The notes below the pieces were generated by a model. It worked only from the letters and a program-made list of their open reading frames with translations. It had not been told where the DNA came from and made no database searches. 64,000 nt of DNA. It comes from a virus (Duplodnaviria; Caudoviricetes). The position numbers and the translations under genes are program-made. The stretch covers positions 16,994 to 80,993 of the IMG/VR virus record IMGVR_UViG_2931369376_000001. One strand, given 5' to 3'. Below are positions 9,675-18,705 of this stretch, in pieces; within the stretch, counting starts at the first letter, position 1, and each line of letters starts with the position of its first letter.

Positions 9675-11225
9675 TTATGCGACGTCGGCGAACATGTCGG
9701 CGGCTTTACTCAGGGTTGCTTCGGCGCGCGAGGTCTGCGCCACCTCTGTCTCTTCGTTGCACGCGACATAGTTCACGTCCTCGAGGAAGGCCATGCATAG
9801 CGTGTCAAAAAGGTCCGGGGACGACAGGCCGTCAGCGGCCATGCTCTCTTTGCTGGCGATCTTGTACCGGCCCAGCTCGTCGAAGGCGTAGGGCAGGCGT
9901 GAGCCCTGGTCTATGAGGTCGCGCTTATATTTGGTCGACAGCTTGACCACGCCGTCCTTGATCGCCTCGGTAGCGTGCACGGTGCACTGCGCCCGCTGGT
10001 TGATGAAGCGCTTACGGTTCTCGTTGGAGTGCGGGCGGGCGCCCCATTGGACACCCTGGATGATCATGCTGCCCTCTTGCAGCTCCTGAAGCCGGCGCAG
10101 GAACTGCATGCCCATGGCACTGACGTCGATAACGATGGTGACGTTCGGGAAACGCATTGCGTAGTCACGCAGCTTGACCGCCAGCGGCGTCCAGTCCTCG
10201 GATGCGCTGTAGATTGGGATGTCGACAACCTCAACCCGTCGGCGCCGCTCGTTCGCCATGCGATCGCCCTTGCCGCTGACGCGCAGATGGGTGGCCACCG
10301 TCTTGTCTCGCCCAACGCCCGCGGCGACGTCGACAACGATGAGGTGCCCCCACTCTTCTCCCGGAAGGATTGGACTGGCCAGGCCCATGGCCCGCTCGAT
10401 CATGACCGAACTCAACAGGTACTTGCTGAGGTTGGTCGGGAACATCCCCCGCACTTTGATCTGATATTCCGGCTCGTCGACGCCGCCGTACTGGAGCCGC
10501 TTCTCCTTGATGAACTTGATGCCCACAATCGGGCTTTCTTCGGAGTTGAACACCAGCGGCACCCACGAGCCGCCGCGGTGGATCGACTGGCCGTGGTGGG
10601 TTTCCCAGAAGAACCCGGTCGAGCGCGTGGGCTGGCTGGCCATGATGAAGCGGTTGCGCTCATCAGTCATCGCGCCGCCAATCACGCCAAAGTTTTCGTC
10701 AGGGATCCCCGACGCTTCGTCCGCCAGCCAAAGCAGGTAGTCGGCGTGGGTACCGGCCAGGTTCTCAGGCGAGCCGCGCGGTGCGGTGCGGGTGGTGACG
10801 TACCAGGTGGCGCTGTGCCCGGCCACGTAGACTTTCTCGGCCTGAATCACAACGTAGTCAGCGATCCAGGCATGCGGGCCTTTGCGAATCTCGGCCAGCA
10901 TGGTGGTGATTTCTTTCCACACACCCTCTCGCACCGTCTTGAGTTTCGGCGCGGTCACGTAGGTGTTGGAGTTGAAGTAGCACAGCAGGTGCCAAAGGCA
11001 GATGACGCCGAAGCTCCGGGTTTTACCAGTACCGTGGCCAGACGATACCGATACCCGGCAGCCATAGGCTGAGGACTCATCAAAAAGCTCTTGCTGTTGC
11101 GGTGTGACATCCATCAAACACGCTTCAACCGCAAAGCCGTACAGGTTGAAGGCGTAACGCTCAATGAATTCGGGCCACCTCGGGTCTGCCTCTAATCGCA
11201 GACTCTTGGGTTTCGGCTTGGCCAT
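9675..11225 (-). CDS. pacB: Terminase large subunit (PacB-like)
   Basis: Walker A SGHGTGKT, Walker B LWLADEAS, nuclease motifs VVDVAAG, VIDV and SPDLFD. Confidence 0.9.
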   Translation of the reverse strand: MAKPKPKSLRLEADPRWPEFIERYAFNLYGFAVEACLMDVTPQQQELFDESSAYGCRVSVSSGHGTGKTRSFGVICLWHLLCYFNSNTYVTAPKLKTVREGVWKEITTMLAEIRKGPHAWIADYVVIQAEKVYVAGHSATWYVTTRTAPRGSPENLAGTHADYLLWLADEASGIPDENFGVIGGAMTDERNRFIMASQPTRSTGFFWETHHGQSIHRGGSWVPLVFNSEESPIVGIKFIKEKRLQYGGVDEPEYQIKVRGMFPTNLSKYLLSSVMIERAMGLASPILPGEEWGHLIVVDVAAGVGRDKTVATHLRVSGKGDRMANERRRRVEVVDIPIYSASEDWTPLAVKLRDYAMRFPNVTIVIDVSAMGMQFLRRLQELQEGSMIIQGVQWGARPHSNENRKRFINQRAQCTVHATEAIKDGVVKLSTKYKRDLIDQGSRLPYAFDELGRYKIASKESMAADGLSSPDLFDTLCMAFLEDVNYVACNEETEVAQTSRAEATLSKAADMFADVA

Positions 11226-11276
11226 AGGATCCTTAAACACAAAGGGGCCAGTTCCCCGGCCCCTATCACTCTACGG

Positions 11277-11999
11277 CTACGCCAATCGGACTTTGAGCGA
11301 CGGTTTGCATTCGTGCGTGGCGTTCAGCACGAAAGAATCCCAGTGGCCACCCGACGCCCAGCAACTGCTGCCCGTTGTTTGGGTGTCGCGGAAAAAGCCT
11401 TTGCGGAGTCCGCGGCCCGCGTGCAGCACCATGCCGCCGTCACCGCAGCAGGCCAGCCCTTCCCGCGCCACCTGAAAGCTCACCGCGGCCATGGCGTTGG
11501 CGTCCTCCATCAGCCACATCACGTCGTGCCCACAGAAGCCAGCCATGCGTTCAGGGTAGTGCTCGCTCGCAGCCATAAAGAGAACACCACGCCCGGAATA
11601 CTGCTCCTGCTGGTTTAGCCTGATGCTTCTGATGGTGATTCGCAGGTAGTCGAGCAGCCATGCGTGCGGGCCGACGATGTTCTTGGCCAGCTTGCCGTAT
11701 TGCTCACAGCAGCGAAGCATGTCGCCGAAGGGCACGGCGACCATCGTCAGGGAGTCGGGCCGGCACAGAAGGCGCCACAGCGCGATAGGCGCCAGCGGGC
11801 TGACTACCCCCATTTCCATTGGGTTCCGGTCAGAGGCAATCGACACCCGGCAGCCAGGCAGCCCCACGCACTCGAATGCCCGCGCCAGCCCCTTGTCCAC
11901 TTCTACCCCGCACACCTCCCGAGCGAAGTCGGCCAGGTTGTTGGCGTAGCGGCGGGCGAATGCAGGCCACCGCTCATCCTCTTGAATCAGGCGGTTCAT
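11277..11999 (-). CDS. Degenerate paralog of the terminase ATPase domain
   Basis: Collinear with TerL residues ~15-260 (RWPAFARRY vs RWPEFIERY; GPHAWLLDY vs GPHAWIADY; GFFRDT vs GFFWET). Walker A and Walker B are destroyed. Confidence 0.85.
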   Translation of the reverse strand: MNRLIQEDERWPAFARRYANNLADFAREVCGVEVDKGLARAFECVGLPGCRVSIASDRNPMEMGVVSPLAPIALWRLLCRPDSLTMVAVPFGDMLRCCEQYGKLAKNIVGPHAWLLDYLRITIRSIRLNQQEQYSGRGVLFMAASEHYPERMAGFCGHDVMWLMEDANAMAAVSFQVAREGLACCGDGGMVLHAGRGLRKGFFRDTQTTGSSCWASGGHWDSFVLNATHECKPSLKVRLA

Positions 12000-12595
12000 G
12001 ATGCGGACTCAGCGGACAGCTGCGCCGATTCCCGCTCGTGCTCAGCGATCAGCAAAGCCGCGGCCTTCTCGATCGCCCGCAGTCGTGTTTCTTGTTTCAT
12101 TGGCGCGTGCGGCCACGGCCACACCGTGGTGGCGTAATCCGGCACCAGCACCTGGAGAATGTAGCCGGCGGCGGCGCGCAGCAATTCGTCATTGCTGTAG
12201 CGCAGGTCGCGCTGCGGGTGATACCCCTTCACAACCAGCTGGCGCTGGCGCTCGCTCAGGATGGCGTTCTCGCTTGGGCCCGTCACCGGCATGGCTGGCC
12301 ACAGCGCCAGCGGCTGCTCCCAACCATTCGCAGCCCTTTGCGCCCACTCGCTCGGCTGCATGCGGGCGTATGGGCGGGTCACCGATATACCCTGATCCCG
12401 GCCCCGACGGACCAGGAGCCAGGCTTTAGGCTGCTGGGTTGCATGTTTGGACTGCGCCAGCGATTCCCACACCTGGTACGTCTTTTGTGTGTGGGCGTTC
12501 ACGTATTCGCCGGCGTCGGCGTTGTACGCCAGGTCACTGATGCCAGCATGCCGGCAGGACCGCTCAAAGTGTTCGCGACTGAAGAACAAGGTCAT
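11996..12595 (-). CDS. Phage hypothetical protein
   Basis: ATGA-coupled on both sides. C-terminal ERQRQ..KGY....D..Y...EL..AAAGY...WPW module is common in phage accessory proteins. Confidence 0.65.
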   Translation of the reverse strand: MTLFFSREHFERSCRHAGISDLAYNADAGEYVNAHTQKTYQVWESLAQSKHATQQPKAWLLVRRGRDQGISVTRPYARMQPSEWAQRAANGWEQPLALWPAMPVTGPSENAILSERQRQLVVKGYHPQRDLRYSNDELLRAAAGYILQVLVPDYATTVWPWPHAPMKQETRLRAIEKAAALLIAEHERESAQLSAESAS

Positions 12596-12831
12596 GACGG
12601 GCTCTCTGCCGAATTGGAAAACTGAATCGCCGTTGACGCTGGCATGGCCCCACAATCGTGGCCCCAGGCAGCCAGGCCGGTGTCCTGGAAGGCCCACCGG
12701 TCGCCCGGGAGCTGGTCGCGTTGTACGTGCTCGATCTCGCCCGCGGCATTGCACAACCACAGCTCGTCCCCAAGCTCCAGGTATACCGTCAGCGACTCGC
12801 CGGTCAGGCGATTGGTCACGATTTGGCTCAC
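12592..12831 (-). CDS. Hypothetical protein
   Basis: ATGA/GTGA-coupled member of the operon. Confidence 0.6.
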   Translation of the reverse strand: MSQIVTNRLTGESLTVYLELGDELWLCNAAGEIEHVQRDQLPGDRWAFQDTGLAAWGHDCGAMPASTAIQFSNSAESPS

Positions 12832-13319
12832 TTCATTTCCCCGGTCCTGCGATTGATCTCCGTTGGTTTCGTGAAAGCCCGGGAGAACCGGAACTCCTGG
12901 ATTACCTGGTTGAAATTGGTTTCCACCCGGTCGAAGTACTGGTTACCGTCGGCCATCAGCGCTTGCGCCAGCATGGCCGCGCCTACGCTGCGCCCCTCCA
13001 TCACGTAGGTGGCCAAGCACCGCACCAGGCGCTGTTCGGCATAGGTCCCGCTGAAGCCCGGCAGCAAGCGGCCTGTACCACGCACAGACGTCTCCAAATT
13101 AACTGGACGCGCATCTGCCGTCGGCGGCATGAAATAGAAACCACCGAGTCGCTTGGGCTCCAACCGCGCCAGCTGTCCGTCCTTGCCAAAAATGTGCATT
13201 CCGCACGCGGCCAGGGACTTGAAGATCAAGTTGGCCGTCTCCAGCCGGTATTGCTGGCGTGCGCTCAGCTTCAATGCGGCAGGCGCCGCCGGTACCGCAG
13301 TTGCTGTTTGCATGTGCAT
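12828..13319 (-). CDS. Hypothetical protein
   Basis: Coupled ORF with an AAGG-type RBS. Confidence 0.65.
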   Translation of the reverse strand: MHMQTATAVPAAPAALKLSARQQYRLETANLIFKSLAACGMHIFGKDGQLARLEPKRLGGFYFMPPTADARPVNLETSVRGTGRLLPGFSGTYAEQRLVRCLATYVMEGRSVGAAMLAQALMADGNQYFDRVETNFNQVIQEFRFSRAFTKPTEINRRTGEMK

Positions 13320-13322
13320 CCC

Positions 13323-13493
13323 TTAAATCTTGAGCCGCAGCTGGGCGCGGTCACATTCGTTTTCACCGTGTGGGAGCTTGTGGGCCTGGGCCTCACAGTT
13401 CCGGCGCCCGCAATCACGGCAGTAGGTGTAGGCGGGGGCGTTTCGTGGCCTCCGCCAGATGACGCGATCGCTTTCGCAAAAACGGCAGTCCAT
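13323..13493 (-). CDS. 56-aa zinc-ribbon protein (MDCRFCESDRVIW...YCRDCGRRN...)
   Basis: My translation. Two CxxC pairs and an AGGA RBS; below the ORF-track cutoff. Confidence 0.6.
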   Translation of the reverse strand: MDCRFCESDRVIWRRPRNAPAYTYCRDCGRRNCEAQAHKLPHGENECDRAQLRLKI

Positions 13494-13495
13494 CG

Positions 13496-13520
13496 GTCCT
13501 GTCCCGGTTTATCCCCGGAC
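13496..13520 (-). promoter_or_regulatory. Extended operator GTCCGGGGAT-N5-GGGACAGGAC
   Basis: 20 of 25 nt are identical to 35392-35416 in transcription orientation. Confidence 0.6.
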
Positions 13521-14815
13521 TACACGGGGCGTTGGTCGATCATCGCTTGCGCGTACACCCATCGGCGATTAGCAAAGGCGGTTAGGCTTTCGCCCTCTGC
13601 CTGCACCAGCGGACACGTCACTGCGAAATCATCGCGCAGGTCTACCAGGTACGCGTCCAGGGGTTTGCTGGTTACCTTGGGTGCCTGGGCCGGGTCGGAT
13701 TGCATTTGTGCGGATTTCTCCACGACGGTGGGCAACTTGACGCTATGGAAAGCCAGGCAGATAGCCTCAAACAAATCGGCGGAACTGTTTGCCCGCGGGC
13801 TCCCTTCAGGGGCGCCCACCCGATAGCGGGCCTCAGCCGTGAAATGGAATGGAAGCTTTGCCCCGAACAGCTCAAGCGCGGTTTCGTGGTTTCGGTAGGT
13901 GGGCCAGCAGTGTTTCAGCTTCAAGGCACCGTCTTTGATCGCCTCAGCAGCGCGAACACTGCATTCCGCGCGCCGGTTGAAGAACCGAGCGCCGCCAGCC
14001 TTCTTGGACAAGGGATTACCCATGGTCATGCCGTACCGCTTCACCGTTGGGCTCGACATCGCTTCCAGGCAGCGCAGAAACTCCAGGCCATGACCGAGTA
14101 CGTCTACCAAGATCGTGGCATCTGGCAGCGCCGACGCACACTGGAACAGGTGTTTGGCCTGTTGCTCGATGTCTCCAGGGTCGCCATGAATTGGGTAATC
14201 CACCACTTCAACAAACCGCTGGCAGCGCCCTACCTGCGTCGGGCTGTCATAGACCCTCATGTGGGCGGCTACCGTGAGGCCTGGGCGGATACCGCCACCC
14301 ACACGCACACCGAAGACATCCTTGGCCACAACGCCATCAGGGATAGGGCTGTCGATGTCCAGCGCTCGCTCGATGTCGGTGCCAGCGACGAGGTACATGC
14401 CGGGATCGCGTGGAGCTGCCTGGAGAATTGCAGGCACGTCGCTGTTGGTGGCCTGGGCGGGGGGCTGTACTTTCCCACTGACAACGATTTGCAGCGGGCC
14501 GGGCTTCTGGACACGGACCACATCCTTGATGGCGCTGGCCATAGGCGACGTAAGGAAGCTGTTCAGCAGCTGCCGCAGGCGGTAATGGGTCTGTGCATAG
14601 CGCGCCTTGCGGCCAAAGCCTTCCTGCACCGATACAGGCTTGCACCCTGGGATCTCAACCCAGTAGTGCACGCCCCGATCAGCGTTCAGTCTATCGGGCT
14701 CCGTCACTTTGACGCCCTGGGTGATGAGCCATTGCTTGAACACCGATACATTGCTGGCCAGCAGCAGGTCCGTGTCGTGCTTTTGTCCTTTCGCTTTTGC
14801 TGCGGTGTTCGACAT
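13520..14815 (-). CDS. Chimeric protein with a degenerate terminase nuclease-domain paralog
   Basis: 13748-14398 is collinear with the TerL C-terminal half (IERA..SPI, TVAAHMRV, VEVVD.PI, RFFNRRAECSVRAAEAIKDG, SADLFEAICLAF). The first catalytic Asp is lost. Confidence 0.85.
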   Translation of the reverse strand: MSNTAAKAKGQKHDTDLLLASNVSVFKQWLITQGVKVTEPDRLNADRGVHYWVEIPGCKPVSVQEGFGRKARYAQTHYRLRQLLNSFLTSPMASAIKDVVRVQKPGPLQIVVSGKVQPPAQATNSDVPAILQAAPRDPGMYLVAGTDIERALDIDSPIPDGVVAKDVFGVRVGGGIRPGLTVAAHMRVYDSPTQVGRCQRFVEVVDYPIHGDPGDIEQQAKHLFQCASALPDATILVDVLGHGLEFLRCLEAMSSPTVKRYGMTMGNPLSKKAGGARFFNRRAECSVRAAEAIKDGALKLKHCWPTYRNHETALELFGAKLPFHFTAEARYRVGAPEGSPRANSSADLFEAICLAFHSVKLPTVVEKSAQMQSDPAQAPKVTSKPLDAYLVDLRDDFAVTCPLVQAEGESLTAFANRRWVYAQAMIDQRPV

Positions 14816-15105
14816 CAGTCAGCTCCTAACGGGTTGGCCGTGAATGGCCTCAGGTTCTCGGGGCGCCCGCGGCGAATGGCCTTGGGACGCTTTTCAACGA
14901 CAGGCTTGAGCCACAGCTGTCCGGTTTTGAACAGGAACAGCTCCCACAGCCCAAGCTTGATTTTGGTAGCGCCCTTCTCGTACAGCCGCCAGGACTCGCG
15001 ACTCACGTAGATCAGCTCACCCGCGGCGGTTTCGCTCAGGTTCACGTTCTTGCGGGCCTTCCGGATGTTTTGCGGGGTCGGCTGGCGATCGGCGGCGAGC
15101 GTCAT
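14815..15105 (-). CDS. XRE/Cro-type HTH protein
   Basis: IRKARKNVNLSETAAGELIYVSRESWRLYEKG. Confidence 0.75.
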   Translation of the reverse strand: MTLAADRQPTPQNIRKARKNVNLSETAAGELIYVSRESWRLYEKGATKIKLGLWELFLFKTGQLWLKPVVEKRPKAIRRGRPENLRPFTANPLGAD

Positions 15106-16223
15106 GCGTCACCGCCGCTGTCCAGGGCATCGATCTCGGCCCGGCGCTTGGCCATGGCTTCACGCTGGGCGGTGGTTTTTTCCTGGCCGCTGGCATAAAT
15201 GGCGTCCAGTACGTCTTTACTCACGGTGGCCACGACTGGCTGCGCCGGCTCGATGTTCATATTGAAAATCCGCCCCAGCATTTCCAGGTATGGGCGTTGA
15301 TCGGCGATCCTCATTTTGAGCCCGTCCTTGGTTTCCTCCACGCCGCCGTACAGCGCCAGCGCGCCCGGGGAAAGGTGACGGGTATCCTTGAGCACCAGGT
15401 GCCCTACACCGTTGCCGTTGCACTCCGGGCAATCCGGGTGCGGGTCAAGGTTGGCATCAAAGCCCAGGCCGCCCAGCTCGTCGAACTCCGGGGCCTTGCG
15501 CTTTTCGCGCTTCGCTTCTGCTACGGCCTGGTCGTGGCGAGCCTTGCGCTCAGTCATCTGGTTCGGCGTCATCTGGTACCGAAAGTCCTTCCCATGGCAC
15601 CACCGGCAGCACTTATAGACGTATTCCACCAGCTCACGAGGGTCGGCCAGAGCGGCGCCGTAGACACGTTCAATCACGCGACCGGTGATTTCCTCTGTCT
15701 TGGCAAACAGCTCCGCGCGCTTGGCCAGCGTGTATGGGTGCTCCTTAACCTTCCTTAACAGGCGACTGGCCGCGGCAGCCGCCACAGCGTCCGATTTGCA
15801 CTCGAACCCCGCATCCAGATAGGACTGTGTGCCGTTTTGCGTGACCAGCCAAAGGTCGACGAACTTGGCCTGGCGCGCATCGAGATCGTGAAGACTCCCG
15901 GCCTGCAAGGCTTCCAGCTCTTTCGGCTTCAGCTTTACGGCTTTCTTGACGCGGGTGCTCCCTCCGGTTTTACGCGTCGGTTTTGCTGGCGCTGGGGTGG
16001 TGCTTGCAGTGGACGCCGGCTTTGCCGCGGGAGGTTTTGGTGCCTTTGTGGCTGGCTTTTTCGTAGCCTTTGGCGGTGCCGTTTTTACAACGCGACCGCT
16101 CTTCACCTTAACCACTGGCGGTTTAGGGGGAGTAAATACACGTCCAGGAGCCTTGTCCGGGGATTGTTTATCCTCGGCTGGCTTGGTCTGCGCTTCGGTA
16201 CTCTCGATCTTCTTCCGTGCCAC
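15102..16223 (-). CDS. Terminase small subunit with zinc-finger insertion (PacA-like)
   Basis: LDARQAKFVDLWL..NGTQSYLDAGF...AAASRLL; CCRWCHG and CPECNGNG; Pro/Lys-rich N-terminus. Confidence 0.8.
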   Translation of the reverse strand: MARKKIESTEAQTKPAEDKQSPDKAPGRVFTPPKPPVVKVKSGRVVKTAPPKATKKPATKAPKPPAAKPASTASTTPAPAKPTRKTGGSTRVKKAVKLKPKELEALQAGSLHDLDARQAKFVDLWLVTQNGTQSYLDAGFECKSDAVAAAAASRLLRKVKEHPYTLAKRAELFAKTEEITGRVIERVYGAALADPRELVEYVYKCCRWCHGKDFRYQMTPNQMTERKARHDQAVAEAKREKRKAPEFDELGGLGFDANLDPHPDCPECNGNGVGHLVLKDTRHLSPGALALYGGVEETKDGLKMRIADQRPYLEMLGRIFNMNIEPAQPVVATVSKDVLDAIYASGQEKTTAQREAMAKRRAEIDALDSGGDA

Positions 16224-16299
16224 GGGTCAGCAACCTTAAATGCAAAGTTCTTTGGCTATCAGCCACGTAAACAACGCCAACCTTCTGCGCGCCTGGCGT

Positions 16300-16320
16300 A
16301 AAAAAACCCGCAACTGCGGG
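16300..16320 (-). terminator. Intrinsic terminator upstream of terS
   Basis: CCCGCA/TGCGGG stem followed by U7. Confidence 0.75.
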
Positions 16321-16574
16321 CCGGATCCTGAAAGGATTAGCCCGCCGAAACGGGCTCCCCAATACCGTATAGGGGCCGCCACGGCTGGCGCTGCAATGGT
16401 GTCGATACCATTTCCCCAATTTTGACGTTATCCAACATCGAATACCTGATGGCGACTCCCTGTCGAAAGCCGCCACAAGCGCGGAACCGTGTGAACAATC
16501 CCATCGCCCCAGTACCTAGCGCACGACGCCCCGCATGGCCACCCTATGCCGGGTGGCTGGCTTACAAACCGGTG

Positions 16575-17216
16575 TTAGAACAGGGCTTGCTGTACTGCTT
16601 CGCTGACCTGCTGCACCGTGCATACAGGATGATCGAATTCGATAAGGGCAGATTCGCGCTGTTTGCTCGCAATTCGCTCTTTTACGGACACTGACAGTTC
16701 GGAAATCAAGCGCTCCAGCTTTCCGCCGCCGCGCAGCTCTTCGAAAGCAGCGCCGTGATGCTTGCGGATGACCGCCAGTGACGCGCTCAGCTCGATGGAA
16801 ATGTCTGCAACCTTGCCCAGTAGGACACGATCCATGCTGGCGCCTTCGACGCTGATGGCCGTCACCTGGGCCAAGCCTTCCAGGTAGCGCTGGTTGTATT
16901 TGCTCAGGACTGCGGTCAACACGCCGGTGATCAATGCCTGGTTGCCCTCTTCGGGAGCCAGGCCCAGGCTGTCGGTGCGACCCAACAGGTAGTCCGTGGT
17001 CACGCTGTAGAGGTCTGCCAGCAGTTGAAGGTTTCGCAGGCTTGGCGATCGGTGACCATTTTCAAACAGGCTGATCATGGTCAGGTTGGAGTGGCCAAGG
17101 CGCTTGGCCACTTCAAGATCCTTGAGGCCAGCGGCGCGGCGAGCTTTTACCAGTCGGCTGGCGACGATATCCCGCAGTGCCTGCTCTTCGTCCTTGGCAC
17201 GACTGGCAGGGCTCAT
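16575..17216 (-). CDS. XRE-family HTH regulator
   Basis: RLVKARRAAGLKDLEVAKRLGHSNLTMISLFENGHRSPS..LADLYSVTTDYLLG. Start chosen from the GGGGAGGG RBS. Confidence 0.8.
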   Translation of the reverse strand: MSPASRAKDEEQALRDIVASRLVKARRAAGLKDLEVAKRLGHSNLTMISLFENGHRSPSLRNLQLLADLYSVTTDYLLGRTDSLGLAPEEGNQALITGVLTAVLSKYNQRYLEGLAQVTAISVEGASMDRVLLGKVADISIELSASLAVIRKHHGAAFEELRGGGKLERLISELSVSVKERIASKQRESALIEFDHPVCTVQQVSEAVQQALF

Positions 17217-17596
17217 GCCCTCCCCGCAGTCCTTGGATTCGAACATCGCCAAGCTTTCGGCGGCGGCTTCAACCTGCCCTCCGTCTGCCAGCTCTACCCC
17301 TTTCCCGCTATCACCGTTTGCAGACACTTTGACGTCACCTTTACGACCAACCCTGTCAGTGGCGCCATTAAATTGTATCCCCGTACCATTCGCAACCCCG
17401 CAATGCCTAAAAAGTTCCCATGGCACCGTGGTTTTTTTGCCAATGTTCTATTTTTTGGATCCGGTTTGATTGGGATATAGGCGTCTTTTTAACGACAATC
17501 GCAGGCGGATCAAATCAAATTGCCATCATCGACCGCCCGTCCGGCCAATACCGCTGAATATGCCGGCAAAGCCACTGATAAAGCGGCTTTCCTACG

Positions 17597-17863
17597 CTAT
17601 GCGGCGTTCTTCTCGCTCTCATGTATCTCCAGTAGCAGCGTCTTCAGAGCCTCACAACGCGTCGGGTCGACGGGTTCAAGGCGTGCCAGGTACGTCCGGC
17701 GGGTGTGCAAGTCCTCGCTCATCAGGAAATGCGCCAGGTAGCGATCGTGAAGCCCTGAACCATCATAACAATAGCGTTTTGTTGGTGGATAACATGAGGT
17801 GCAGCGCAGCACATGATTCAGGTACTGGTCATGCGCTCGATAGGTGGCTTCATTCAGCTGCAT
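17597..17863 (-). CDS. Hypothetical protein with CxxC
   Basis: Coupled ORF containing HVLRCTSCY. Confidence 0.6.
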   Translation of the reverse strand: MQLNEATYRAHDQYLNHVLRCTSCYPPTKRYCYDGSGLHDRYLAHFLMSEDLHTRRTYLARLEPVDPTRCEALKTLLLEIHESEKNAA

Positions 17864-18372
17864 TAGAATTCCTCCCGCTTCCAGGAGGTCGCCGCGCCCT
17901 TCTTCCCACCCTCTTTTTTCACCGCTATAAACTTGAAAATTGGGAATTTGTCGGCGGCGACTTTGATCTTTACCCTGGCGTCATCCGTCCAGAAGCCTTT
18001 CACTTCGTGCACCTCCAGGTAGCCATTGGCCAACTGCACGAGAAAGTCCGGCGCGTACGTCGTTTTGGGCGCCAGCACAAGCCGGAACGGTTCGAACTGA
18101 TACCACGCAATCTCCCCAGCGATGCGGCGTTGCTCAAGGTGGTCCTGGTAGGCTTCCTCGGTTTTGTTGAGAGTGCCCGTCTCGAGCCGCCCCAACGCCT
18201 GCATGGCCCTCATACCGCCTTTGCTGGCTGGCTTTTGTTCCTCGGCGCCGAGCATGCGCATGTGCTCCGGCTCAGCTTTCTTGCGCGATGCCGGCTTGCT
18301 TGCGAACGCTCGACGGGTCATTTCCGGCGGCAGGCTGGCCAGGTACTCTTCTGAGAACACTCGCTTGCTCAT
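17863..18372 (-). CDS. PD-(D/E)xK nuclease (DUF1064-like)
   Basis: YAPDFLV...EVHEVKGFWTDDARVKIK. Confidence 0.75.
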   Translation of the reverse strand: MSKRVFSEEYLASLPPEMTRRAFASKPASRKKAEPEHMRMLGAEEQKPASKGGMRAMQALGRLETGTLNKTEEAYQDHLEQRRIAGEIAWYQFEPFRLVLAPKTTYAPDFLVQLANGYLEVHEVKGFWTDDARVKIKVAADKFPIFKFIAVKKEGGKKGAATSWKREEF

Positions 18373-18572
18373 CGCTGCACCGCGCCGCCACAGCAGTGGC
18401 AGGACCGGACAGAACCACGAGCACGCAGCCAGATCATGTATTCCCGCTGGACCTGGGGCTCCTTGTATTCGTCCAGGTCGCGCCCCATCGGGCCTTTCTT
18501 TCGATCAAATGGGCCTTCGTGGTCACACTCGAAATCACTGCGGGCCTCATCAGCCACTTCAAACACGCTCAC
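18369..18572 (-). CDS. Hypothetical protein
   Basis: Coupled small ORF. Confidence 0.55.
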   Translation of the reverse strand: MSVFEVADEARSDFECDHEGPFDRKKGPMGRDLDEYKEPQVQREYMIWLRARGSVRSCHCCGGAVQR

Positions 18573-18705
18573 TTCACAGCCTCCAGACGTTTGGACGGGA
18601 TCGGTACAGCTCCCCGCATAGCGCCATCAAATTTAATGGCGTGCACGGCTTCGCCACCCACAGGGTTTGCAGGTGTTCGAACCATTCAGGGGGTAGCGCC
18701 GGATA

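Noticed and set aside
11277-14815. Terminase paralogs as pseudogenes or assembly duplication
   Set aside because: Both are full open frames, translationally coupled and strongly diverged from terL, so they are neither recent duplicates nor decayed fragments.
17768-17783. AATAGCGTTTT half-motif
   Set aside because: It lies inside a coding region (KRYC) and lacks the second box, so it may be chance.
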